DNA of 64,000 nt, from the IMG/VR virus record IMGVR_UViG_3300021255_004000, positions 64,001-128,000 of that record; one strand, 5' to 3'. Positions 10,601 to 17,558 of the stretch are shown in pieces; the first letter of the stretch is position 1; every line of letters begins with the position of its first letter. Below the pieces are notes generated by a model that ran no database searches, had not been told where the DNA came from, and was given only the letters and a program-made list of their open reading frames with translations. The position numbers and the translations under genes were made by a program. Origin of the DNA: a virus (Duplodnaviria; Caudoviricetes).

Positions 10601-11169
10601 ATATTATGCAAAAGTGGATGATTCTTTTTATAGTCGAACTTCAAGCCGTCCTTTACAATTTTGACGATTTCATCGTAGCCTTTTTCATTACCATCAACGA
10701 CAACAAATGGGATTTTATTGGATTCGAGAAACTTGGATGTTTTTCCATCTATCTCTTTAGCTTCGCCTTCAGTTTGATTTCTTCCGTTAGGATTATATGG
10801 CTTCACACGATTGATGACGAAGTTGAAGTTGAAACGATGATACTTTTCAAACTCTTCAAGAGATGCAGCTTTCAACATTGGCTGATCTTCTCTTGCGTAC
10901 AATGCACCAAGAGCAATAGGGCTATCAGTGATAATTACATCGACTTTGCCAAAGCAGCGGCTTATTTTGAAAGACTGCTTTCCTGTAATGTAAAATTGAT
11001 TTTTGAAAACTTCAGAGTTGTTTTCCCAAACTTTATCTTTTGCAAACTCAGAAACATATTCACAGTCAATACCTGCAAGTTTGAGTTTTGCAAAAACATA
11101 AGCGGCGCCTGTAGATTTTCCTGCGCCTGGGCCAGCGAAAAGATTTACAATAATTGTGTTTTTATCCAT
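10597..11169 (-). CDS. P-loop NTPase/kinase (NadR-like AAA family)
   Basis: GPGAGKST; SEFAK; IITDSP; GRNQ. Confidence 0.8.
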   Translation of the reverse strand: MDKNTIIVNLFAGPGAGKSTGAAYVFAKLKLAGIDCEYVSEFAKDKVWENNSEVFKNQFYITGKQSFKISRCFGKVDVIITDSPIALGALYAREDQPMLKAASLEEFEKYHRFNFNFVINRVKPYNPNGRNQTEGEAKEIDGKTSKFLESNKIPFVVVDGNEKGYDEIVKIVKDGLKFDYKKNHPLLHNI

Positions 11170-11212
11170 AGTTGGATATTAACAAAAAAGGTTGCTAAAA
11201 AGCAACCAATTA

Positions 11213-11295
11213 CGGAACCTGCGTGAGTCGAACACGCTCAACCCGAAGGTTGTACAGCTTAGCAGGCTGCTGCATTACCGTCCTGCCCAGATTCC
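11213..11295 (-). tRNA. tRNA-Ser(GCT)
   Basis: cloverleaf, loop CT-GCT-AA, long variable arm, G73. Confidence 0.9.
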
Positions 11296-11304
11296 AAAAT
11301 ACTT

Positions 11305-11379
11305 TGTGAGTGGCAGGAGTCGAACCCGCCTTCATCTGATCCGTAGTCAGAGGCACCAATTCCGATATACCACACTCAC
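11305..11379 (-). tRNA. tRNA-Arg(ACG)
   Basis: TCTGA-CTACGGA-TCAGA, T-loop TTCGACT. Confidence 0.9.
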
Positions 11380-11388
11380 ATAAAATAT

Positions 11389-11504
11389 AGGCCTGTTGTA
11401 AATAGTGCAAGATTTTCAGTCTCGTGTGTCACCGTTTCACCTCATCAGGAAACCCTGATGGTGGGAGTCGAACCCACTTACGATAATAGGAACAACTTTT
11501 GCCT
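11389..11504 (-). ncRNA. carrier-stem RNA copy 1 with circularly permuted tRNA-Phe(GAA) module
   Basis: GGCAAAAGTTGTTCCTATT...TACAACAGGCC ends; internal order is T arm, loop-closed acceptor stem, D arm, CGAGA-CTGAAAA-TCTTG. Confidence 0.75.
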
Positions 11505-11510
11505 TATGAA

Positions 11511-11584
11511 AGCATCATATCGGATTCGAACCGACCCCTACTGCTTGGAGGGCAGTCGTGCTGAGCCGCTAACACTAATGATGC
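11511..11584 (-). tRNA. tRNA-Gly(TCC), C33 variant
   Basis: G1-C72, C2-G71, U73; loop CC-TCC-AA. Confidence 0.85.
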
Positions 11585-11597
11585 ATATTAAAGTTTT

Positions 11598-11671
11598 TGG
11601 GACCTCGAGGATTTGAACCCCGCACCCAGACATTATGAGTGTCGCGCTCTGACCCAATGAGCTAAGATCCC
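11598..11671 (-). tRNA. tRNA-CAT, probably Ile2 (lysidine type)
   Basis: loop CT-CAT-AA; GGG-starting acceptor and A73 resemble Ile2. Confidence 0.8.
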
Positions 11672-11675
11672 ATAA

Positions 11676-12050
11676 AGATTACACAGTACTAAGAATCTGT
11701 ATCGAACGTCGTACTCGGCGGGATCCTTTTCACTGATGAAGTTGAGTGGCTACTGTGTATCACCATTGATATGACCTGCCGTGGGACACGGGCTTCATCA
11801 TCCTTTGAGCAGCAGTTTTGAGTGACGAGTTCAAAACTTTATTGCCTCTAAGTGCCGCAGGTTCTGTCAGTTGTTTGAGAAGGACAGCGTATGTTAGACG
11901 CTTCCTTAATTATTGTACACTTGGTACAACAATCTCTCGTGTTTCCCTTGTCTTTCAAATCAGGCGCAAGTAAGAAACAAAGCGTTATGGAACCACACAT
12001 AATTCACATCATTTGTTGAACTCATAACCCTAGAAATGCCAAAATCCCTA
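11676..12050 (-). ncRNA. unidentified structured RNA(s)
   Basis: no ORF; several helices (TACACAGTA/TACTGTGTA, GTTTTGA/TCAAAAC, ACCTGC/GCAGGT). Confidence 0.45.
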
Positions 12051-12074
12051 TGTTTTTATATTAACATATTCAAG

Positions 12075-12147
12075 TCAGCCACCTGGGATTTGAACCCAGA
12101 ACCTAAGGATTAAGAGTCCCTCGCGCTAACCGTTGCGCCAGTGGCCG
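12075..12147 (-). tRNA. tRNA-Lys(CTT)
   Basis: AGGGA-CTCTTAA-TCCTT. Confidence 0.9.
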
Positions 12148-12152
12148 ATAAG

Positions 12153-12223
12153 TGAGCGATACGGGAGTTGAACCCGTCTCAGCAGATTAAAAGTCTGCGG
12201 CAAAACCGATTTGCTAATCGCCC
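12153..12223 (-). tRNA. tRNA-Lys(TTT)
   Basis: GCAGA-CTTTTAA-TCTGC. Confidence 0.9.
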
Positions 12224-12233
12224 GTAAATTGTT

Positions 12234-12306
12234 TGAGCTTGATGGGAATCGAACCCACGACCCACAGATTAAAAGTCTGTTGCTCTACCTATTGAGCTAC
12301 AAGCCC
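12234..12306 (-). tRNA. tRNA-Lys(TTT)
   Basis: ACAGA-CTTTTAA-TCTGT, canonical D and T arms. Confidence 0.92.
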
Positions 12307-12324
12307 ATAAGATACTCAAACAAT

Positions 12325-12387
12325 TTAACAGGCTTTGTCTAAGGCAGCAATTACTGCTGCCACTTCCGCATTTCCTCTCATAATCAT
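12325..12387 (-). CDS. 20-aa mini-ORF MIMRGNAEVAAVIAALDKAC
   Basis: strong AAGGAG RBS 6 nt before ATG, lying between tRNA-Cys and tRNA-Lys. Confidence 0.5.
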   Translation of the reverse strand: MIMRGNAEVAAVIAALDKAC

Positions 12388-12400
12388 AATTTACTCCTTG

Positions 12401-12473
12401 AGATGAGGATGGGACTCGAACCCACCTGTAACAGTTTTGCAGACTGCTGCCTCACCAATTTGGCTACCTCATC
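12401..12473 (-). tRNA. tRNA-Cys(GCA)
   Basis: GCAGT-CTGCAAA-ACTGT, U73. Confidence 0.9.
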
Positions 12474-12484
12474 ATAATTTTATT

Positions 12485-12556
12485 TACCGCGTGAAGGAGT
12501 TGAACCTTCCTAAGCCGTCTTGTAAGGGCGGTGCACAACCGATGTACCAACGCGGT
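12485..12556 (-). tRNA. tRNA-Val(TAC)
   Basis: loop CT-TAC-AA, A73. Confidence 0.85.
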
Positions 12557-12566
12557 ATAAAGTTGA

Positions 12567-12649
12567 CGGAAGCGACAGGAATCGAACCTGCGACCTTTTT
12601 AGGGGAGACTGTTTTCAAGACAGTTTGATGCGCCAACCAACTCGCTTCC
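12567..12649 (-). tRNA. tRNA-Ser(TGA)
   Basis: ACTGT-CTTGAAA-ACAGT, variable arm, G73. Confidence 0.85.
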
Positions 12650-12657
12650 AAATGTAG

Positions 12658-12730
12658 GGTGCCCATCGGGATTCGAACCCGACCCTGAAGATCCACAATC
12701 TGCCGTGCTAACCGCTAACACTATGGGTAC
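12658..12730 (-). tRNA. tRNA-His(GTG)
   Basis: loop TT-GTG-GA, C73; genomic -1 base is T, not G. Confidence 0.85.
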
Positions 12731-12732
12731 AT

Positions 12733-12805
12733 TGCTGAAGGCAGGATTCGGACCTGCTACATCTGCCTTATGAGGGCAGCGTTCAACCGTATGAACTTCT
12801 TCAAC
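12733..12805 (-). tRNA. tRNA-Met(CAT), elongator-like
   Basis: CTGCC-CTCATAA-GGCAG; T-loop TCCGAAT. Confidence 0.8.
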
Positions 12806-12812
12806 ATAATAG

Positions 12813-12883
12813 CCCAAACTCAGGGATTTGAACCCCGGCTAGATGATCTTCAGTCACCTGTGCTACCGCTACACCAAGTTTGG
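12813..12883 (-). tRNA. tRNA-Phe(GAA), atypical body
   Basis: GGTGA-CTGAAGA-TCATC; G37 and G73. Confidence 0.75.
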
Positions 12884-12888
12884 ATATC

Positions 12889-12962
12889 TGTGGCATCGGG
12901 GATTCGAACCCCGAAAATTTGCGTTCTTAGCGCAACAAGTATGCCAGTTCCATCAATGCCAC
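12889..12962 (-). tRNA. tRNA-Leu(AAG), short variable loop
   Basis: TTGCG-CTAAGAA-CGCAA; Leu-type D arm. Confidence 0.8.
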
Positions 12963-13570
12963 AAAAGTGTATTAGTTCGTTCATCGTATCTAATAAAGAT
13001 ACAATGAAGTCTACTTTTAATGTAGTCCTCTCTGGCTTTATCTTTCATCTTTCCTTTAACAGAATTGTGATAGCCTTTCTTTTCATCATATTCAAAAGCA
13101 ATGTTCAATTCTTTGTCATAGCCATCAAGGTGATATGGTCCAACACAAACTTCTCCGCCATTCATAGCGTGTTGTAAATGCCAACCATATTTTGCGTTCA
13201 GCTCATCAATGAACTTACAAGCATTTTCATTATAATTGCAATAGTTACCAAGATTGTGTCTTTTCCGCATCATCTCAGCAAGTTTTGCTCTTGTTTCAGG
13301 CGTATGAGTGTGGCCTTTCTTAATCTCACGATTAGGATTCAGTCCACAGTATCTCATATGTTGTGTTTTTGACTCCTTATTATTGAAGATTCTTCCGCAA
13401 AAGTCACAAAAACAAGTTTCTTTTCTATGAAGAGACCTTCCCAAGGAGTCAAGTCCTTGTTCTAATCTTTTTTCACAAGTTTTCTTATGTTCAAAATAGT
13501 TTCTTCTACCTTGAACAACACAACCACAATATTCACATTTCCAATTTTGAGCGTTTTTGTATGTTTTCAT
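12953..13570 (-). CDS. free-standing homing endonuclease (Zn fingers + NUMOD3 + PD-(D/E)XK-like domain)
   Basis: CxxC repeats, HTPETRAKL, YHLDGYD...AFEYDE. Confidence 0.75.
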   Translation of the reverse strand: MKTYKNAQNWKCEYCGCVVQGRRNYFEHKKTCEKRLEQGLDSLGRSLHRKETCFCDFCGRIFNNKESKTQHMRYCGLNPNREIKKGHTHTPETRAKLAEMMRKRHNLGNYCNYNENACKFIDELNAKYGWHLQHAMNGGEVCVGPYHLDGYDKELNIAFEYDEKKGYHNSVKGKMKDKAREDYIKSRLHCIFIRYDERTNTLLWH

Positions 13571-13622
13571 ATCAATTAGTAAAGATTGGAAGACACACTT
13601 AACATCTCAAACCCATATTAAC

Positions 13623-13650
13623 AAAAAAGGCAACTCCTAAGAGCCGCCTT
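13623..13650 (-). terminator. attenuator C terminator
   Basis: AAGGCGGCTC-TTAG-GAGTTGCCTT followed by T tract; 5' strand shared with the antiterminator at 13646-13689. Confidence 0.8.
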
Positions 13651-13682
13651 GAAAGATTTGTAAACTGTTTCTGCTTACAACT

Positions 13683-13811
13683 TCAAGGCTCTAATACGAA
13701 ATGTTTTCCAAAGAGAGAACGAAGGACCATCTTCGAACACATACCGCATCCCAATACGAAACTAACAAATGAGGAATGTTTAACTATGTTCGACATCTTT
13801 GAAAAATTCAT
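13683..13811 (-). CDS. leader peptide C (42 aa) MNFSKMSNIVKHSSFVSFVLGCGMCSKMVLRSLFGKHFVLEP
   Basis: AAGGA RBS; stop TGA lies in the antiterminator strand GCCTTGAA. Confidence 0.75.
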   Translation of the reverse strand: MNFSKMSNIVKHSSFVSFVLGCGMCSKMVLRSLFGKHFVLEP

Positions 13812-13893
13812 ATTCGTCAATCCTTAGCTATCAGGTTGCTACCCAAAATGTTTTTTCTTATTGAATAGTTAGTAAACAATTCAATAAAGTAAG

Positions 13894-13966
13894 TGGACCT
13901 ACCGAGCATCGAACTCGGACCTCAGGATTGCAGATCCCGTATGCCAGCCATTAACACCTTAAGCCC
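13894..13966 (-). tRNA. tRNA-Ala(TGC), C33 variant
   Basis: G3.U70; loop TC-TGC-AA. Confidence 0.85.
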
Positions 13967-13973
13967 ATAAAAA

Positions 13974-14090
13974 TCTTCTGTTTATCCGCGAAGGTTGTTA
14001 CCAACTCTTCTTTCCTCTTGGAGGAACTGCTTTGTTTATTCTCCCGCTCCCGCATAACGCGTCGGTGTTGCGTTAGGAATTCACAGAAGA
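13974..14090 (-). ncRNA. unidentified closed-stem RNA
   Basis: ends pair TCTTCTGT/ACAGAAGA; internal hairpins; flanked by tRNAs. Confidence 0.45.
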
Positions 14091-14094
14091 TTAG

Positions 14095-14167
14095 TGGACC
14101 GTAGGGGAGTCGAACCCCTCTTTCCAGCGTGCAAAGCTGGAGTACTAAGCCGATATACGAACAGCCC
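14095..14167 (-). tRNA. tRNA-Ala(TGC)
   Basis: G3.U70; CCAGC-TTTGCAC-GCTGG. Confidence 0.9.
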
Positions 14168-14174
14168 AAAATTA

Positions 14175-14260
14175 AAAGCGGGTTGTAAAAATTTCGCCGC
14201 AATGACGAAATATTGGAGTCGAACCAATAATTTCCGTTTAATAGGAACAACCTTTGCTTT
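14175..14260 (-). ncRNA. carrier-stem RNA copy 2 with T arm + closed acceptor-like helix
   Basis: AGCAAAGGTTGTTCCTATT...TACAACCCGCT; TATTGG-TTCGACT-CCAATA. Confidence 0.7.
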
Positions 14261-14261
14261 A

Positions 14262-14333
14262 TTCCTCTGCTAGGATTCGAACCCAGAACAACTGATCCAG
14301 AGTCAGCAGTGTTACCAATTACACCACAGAGAA
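14262..14333 (-). tRNA. tRNA-Gln(CTG)
   Basis: U1-A72; GCTGA-CTCTGGA-TCAGT. Confidence 0.9.
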
Positions 14334-14334
14334 G

Positions 14335-14406
14335 TCGGACGAGAAGGAGTTGAACCTTCGAAATCTCGGTCCCAGGCCGAGTGACATACCGCTTGCCGAC
14401 CGTCCG
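14335..14406 (-). tRNA. tRNA-Pro(TGG), C33 variant
   Basis: C1-G72, A73; CTCGG-CCTGGGA-CCGAG. Confidence 0.85.
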
Positions 14407-14414
14407 AAAATGAA

Positions 14415-14486
14415 AGCACCTGAAGGGAGTTGAACCCTCGCCTCAGCCTTGGCAAGGCCGCGTACTAGCCGTTATACTACAAGTAC
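14415..14486 (-). tRNA. tRNA-Gly(GCC)
   Basis: loop TT-GCC-AA, U73. Confidence 0.88.
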
Positions 14487-14494
14487 ATAAAATA

Positions 14495-14571
14495 TTGGGG
14501 TGGGTGGAATTGAACCACCGTGTAACCAACTAACCTTTCTGCGGTTTATCAGACCGAGGGTATACACCCCA
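14495..14571 (-). tRNA. rearranged tRNA-Ile(GAT)-like RNA lacking a canonical D arm
   Basis: 7-bp acceptor, CGGT-CTGATAA-ACCG, T arm; D-loop-like AGTTGGT lies 3' of the anticodon arm. Confidence 0.6.
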
Positions 14572-14587
14572 TTGTGTTTCAAGTTTT

Positions 14588-14660
14588 CAGGTGCGGAGAG
14601 ATTCGAACTCCCACCGACGGACTTGGAAACCGTAATGCTAAACCTTTACACCACGCACCT
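14588..14660 (-). tRNA. tRNA-Trp(CCA)
   Basis: A1-U72, G73; loop TT-CCA-AG. Confidence 0.85.
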
Positions 14661-14663
14661 ATA

Positions 14664-14695
14664 AATCATTAAAGGCTCAACTTTTAGTTGAGCCT
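14664..14695 (-). terminator. attenuator B terminator
   Basis: AGGCTCAAC-TAAAA-GTTGAGCCT plus an interrupted T tract; overlaps the antiterminator at 14689-14721. Confidence 0.7.
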
Positions 14696-14718
14696 GTAAA
14701 ATCCAAATTTTACTAGGC

Positions 14719-14853
14719 TCACTTGATCTGCCACTGTCCTGAAATTGGGGCAATAGCTGCAACTGGTGCAAAGCCGGCGAAAGAAACTGGAAGACTAATG
14801 TGGCCGGCAAGTTTTACTGACTTAACTGATTTACAAACCATCATTGCTTTCAT
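14719..14853 (-). CDS. leader peptide B (44 aa) MKAMMVCKSVKSVKLAGHISLPVSFAGFAPVAAIAPISGQWQIK
   Basis: AGGAGAAAGGA RBS; stop TGA begins the antiterminator strand TGAGCCT. Confidence 0.8.
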   Translation of the reverse strand: MKAMMVCKSVKSVKLAGHISLPVSFAGFAPVAAIAPISGQWQIK

Positions 14854-14958
14854 ATTGTCCTTTCTCCTATAATTTTATATTAACAACTTTTCAGAAGTTT
14901 CTGAAAAATTATTTTCAATATTTAGTTAGTACAGTTGCAAAAACTGTAAGAGTTTTAA

Positions 14959-15040
14959 TCGGCCAGGAGAGACTCGAACTCTCAATCCACACGGCGTCCG
15001 ACCTTAATTCGGATGTGTATACCAATTCCACCACTGACCG
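14959..15040 (-). tRNA. tRNA-Leu(TAA)
   Basis: TCCGA-ATTAAGG-TCGGA, variable arm. Confidence 0.85.
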
Positions 15041-15047
15041 AACAAAA

Positions 15048-15230
15048 TTAACTATCCTTTAAGTATGCAACAGTTTTTCCATTTTCAAACATTTCTTGTT
15101 GAAGTTTGGAAATCTTGTTGTAAAGATCTTGGCAAATGCCTTTTGATCTTCCACTTAAATGGAAGCGTGCCATATGTCCTAGCACGAATGCAAGTTCTTG
15201 CAATCTCTCGTTATCGAGTTTGATTGTCAT
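15048..15230 (-). CDS. small hypothetical protein (MTIKLDNERL...)
   Basis: AAGGAG RBS before ATG at 15230. Confidence 0.55.
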   Translation of the reverse strand: MTIKLDNERLQELAFVLGHMARFHLSGRSKGICQDLYNKISKLQQEMFENGKTVAYLKDS

Positions 15231-15275
15231 ATAGACTCCTTGCACCACCAATTTTTTAATGAAATTGGAAACATT

Positions 15276-15342
15276 GGCGAGCTGTAGCAAATATACATTA
15301 ACAGTGTATTGCCTCATCGGCGTAATAGGAACAACTTATGCC
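15276..15342 (-). ncRNA. carrier-stem RNA copy 3 with tRNA-Asn(GTT) anticodon arm
   Basis: GGCATAAGTTGTTCCTATT...TACAGCTCGCC; ATACA-CTGTTAA-TGTAT. Confidence 0.7.
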
Positions 15343-15351
15343 TAACATGTG

Positions 15352-15433
15352 TGGCCGCAGGAAGTTTTGCCATCTCTTCGTCCCCCGACTTACAAGGTCG
15401 GTGCTCTTAGGGCAGTCTGAGCTACATTTGGCC
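15352..15433 (-). tRNA. atypical tRNA-Thr(TGT) with degenerate T arm
   Basis: D stem GCTC/GAGC; CCGAC-CTTGTAA-GTCGG; no TTCRA loop. Confidence 0.55.
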
Positions 15434-15751
15434 TTTGCTGCATCATAAAAAGACAACGCAGCGAAATCCGAAGTTTTTCTTTCAGTTGCCACAACCAAGT
15501 ATTTTTCAACCCACGTCTCATTAAGACAACCTACACTGGAGCTTTTGGTAAAACTTTCTACCCATATTCATCATACGGTAACCATTGTAAAGGCCTTTAT
15601 GCTTGTTCCGCCAGGCTCCCCGCTGACCAAGCTGATGTCTCGGTAATTTTTCATACCAGCCTCACCTTGGGCTCATACTTCCTTTCCCCAAGTACTCTTA
15701 GGTTTTCACGCGACCTAAACTATCCCACGAGTTTGAAAGAGTTTGCTTTCT

Positions 15752-16054
15752 CTAGTAATAACACCACCATTTGATACGACAAGTTTCACTGTCGAAGCAT
15801 TCAGTAAGAATGTTATCAATTTCCTCTTCCGTTGTATCAATATTAACAGATTTCAGTCTGCTTCTGATAAGTCCACGAGAATCTTTTTTCTTCTCGGAAC
15901 GGTCTCCTTTCATCGCACGGCGAGCGTAACGATCACAAGGATTTCCCCAACGGAACCAGAATCTTCGAGCTTCCTGTGTACCGCGTCTTGCGGTATATTC
16001 ACCGTAGCTGAAGTTTGCCTTATAAAAGGCGCTCTCGCAATAATCATTTAACAT
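15752..16054 (-). CDS. hypothetical basic protein
   Basis: AGGAG RBS; 100-aa ORF. Confidence 0.5.
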   Translation of the reverse strand: MLNDYCESAFYKANFSYGEYTARRGTQEARRFWFRWGNPCDRYARRAMKGDRSEKKKDSRGLIRSRLKSVNIDTTEEEIDNILTECFDSETCRIKWWCYY

Positions 16055-16251
16055 CTAGTGTATCTCCTACACTATCCGTAAGTCATACGCGATCCTCCTA
16101 TTATAGCATCATCGTTCACAGGATCGAACTGCAACCGTACAGACCTTTAGAGCCTATCCGTTTTACCCCACACAGGGCGATGTTGCTTATGGTTGAACGA
16201 GATGGCAACAACATTACTTGTACACCAACGTCATCTGCTATAAAACTAAGA

Positions 16252-16333
16252 TGGGCCAAAGGAGAGTCGAACTCCTAATCCTTTCGGCGACTGCTTTTGA
16301 GGCAGTTGCGTATACCAGTTCCGCCATTAGCCC
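16252..16333 (-). tRNA. tRNA-Leu(CAA)
   Basis: ACTGC-CTCAAAA-GCAGT, variable arm. Confidence 0.9.
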
Positions 16334-16339
16334 AAATGA

Positions 16340-16412
16340 TTGCGGGAGGTGGACTCGAACCACCGACCTTCGGGTTATGGGCCCGATAAGCTGCCAACTG
16401 CTCTATCCCGCG
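16340..16412 (-). tRNA. initiator tRNA-fMet(CAT), C33 variant
   Basis: C1xA72 mismatch, three G-C pairs in the anticodon stem, loop CC-CAT-AA. Confidence 0.9.
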
Positions 16413-16427
16413 ATGTAACATGTGTTT

Positions 16428-16503
16428 TGACGCTGACAGGACTCGAACCTGCGACACCGAGCTTAGAAGGCTCGTGTTCTTATTCCAGCTGAACTACAGC
16501 GCC
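16428..16503 (-). tRNA. tRNA-Arg(TCT)
   Basis: CGAGC-CTTCTAA-GCTCG. Confidence 0.9.
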
Positions 16504-16685
16504 ATATTGAAAGTACTTTATACGTCGGACCAGTCCGTTCAGCTTTCGCCTAGGGAGTTTCGAGGCTCCCACCTACGCATATCAACTTTCTGTGTGCTTT
16601 TCGGGCTTCTTCTACTAAGCACTTAAACTTTCAGTTCTGCTAGAAACCAAAGTTCTTGACGTTCTCTCTAGCAATGAGAACCGTA

Positions 16686-16760
16686 TAGCTGTTGCAGGAG
16701 TCGAACCTGCTATCGTAAAGGATATGAGCCTCACATATTGAACCGTTCTACCCAACAGCG
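16686..16760 (-). tRNA. tRNA-Met(CAT), unpaired 1:72
   Basis: loop CT-CAT-AT; C1xU72. Confidence 0.7.
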
Positions 16761-16768
16761 ACGTACAA

Positions 16769-16890
16769 AAAGACGAGTTGTATTATTCGTGCTCTAACCG
16801 CTGAGCTATCCGCCCACGAACGAGCGGAGTTGGATTCGAACCAACGACCCCGTGCTTAAAAGGCAACAAATAGGAACAACTTATGTCTTT
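16769..16890 (-). ncRNA. carrier-stem RNA copy 4 with circularly permuted tRNA-Lys(TTT)
   Basis: GACATAAGTTGTTCCTATT...TACAACTCGTC; order is anticodon loop CTTTTAA, T arm, loop-closed acceptor TCCGCTC/GGGCGGA, D arm. Confidence 0.8.
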
Positions 16891-16893
16891 TAG

Positions 16894-16966
16894 CGGTGTA
16901 TGCGGGAATCGAACCCGCCATCTCCTGCGTGACAGGCAGGCGAAATAGCCGATATTCAAATACACC
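16894..16966 (-). tRNA. tRNA-Asp(GTC)
   Basis: CCTGC-CTGTCAC-GCAGG, G73. Confidence 0.9.
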
Positions 16967-17175
16967 AAATAAACAAACCACCTTCCAAACGGAACGCCCG
17001 ATACTTGATCTTAATGTCCGCACTTATCCAAGAGTTTCATTTCGCGCGAGAAACTCTCGGGGGTTAGGGAGCTACAGGTGCCTAGGCTTACTACGATTAA
17101 GCCAACAAATGCGAGCTCGTCTCACAAAGGTTTGTACTTTTTGCCAACTTCTGTCTAGAATGAAGTTGAAAGTAG

Positions 17176-17263
17176 TGGGCCGAGAGGGAGTCGAACCCCC
17201 GATGTTTGCCGTAAAGGTGACGGATTTACAGTCCGCTGACTTCGCCACTGGTCACACCGACCC
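17176..17263 (-). tRNA. tRNA-Tyr(GTA)
   Basis: GCGGA-CTGTAAA-TCCGT, long variable arm. Confidence 0.9.
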
Positions 17264-17329
17264 ATAAAATTGATGGCCGTGCTCATCACACATTTACAAC
17301 ATCGTTTCGAGCAATGTTACCATCAAGTA

Positions 17330-17402
17330 AGCTACTTGTAGGACTTGAACCCACAACATCCTGATTACAGGTCAGGCGCTCTACCATTGGAGCTAAAGTA
17401 GC
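17330..17402 (-). tRNA. tRNA-Thr(TGT), C33 variant
   Basis: CCTGA-CCTGTAA-TCAGG. Confidence 0.88.
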
Positions 17403-17558
17403 ACAATAAAAGATAAATTACATTTTTTCTTTCCATACATCTTTCATTCTAATTTGTCCGCGGTCACTGAACGAAGAAGATGGTTGTATTAGATGTTCTA
17501 TAACTTTTCGGGGCCTTAAGCCCGTATTGAGTGTTTCAACATCAGTCTCTTATCTTTA

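Noticed and set aside
11511-11584. Reading the C33 loops shifted by one base (CU-CCA Trp, CU-GCA Cys)
   Set aside because: The 5-bp stems fix a 7-nt loop, and acceptor identity (Gly U73, Ala G3.U70) agrees with the unshifted anticodon.
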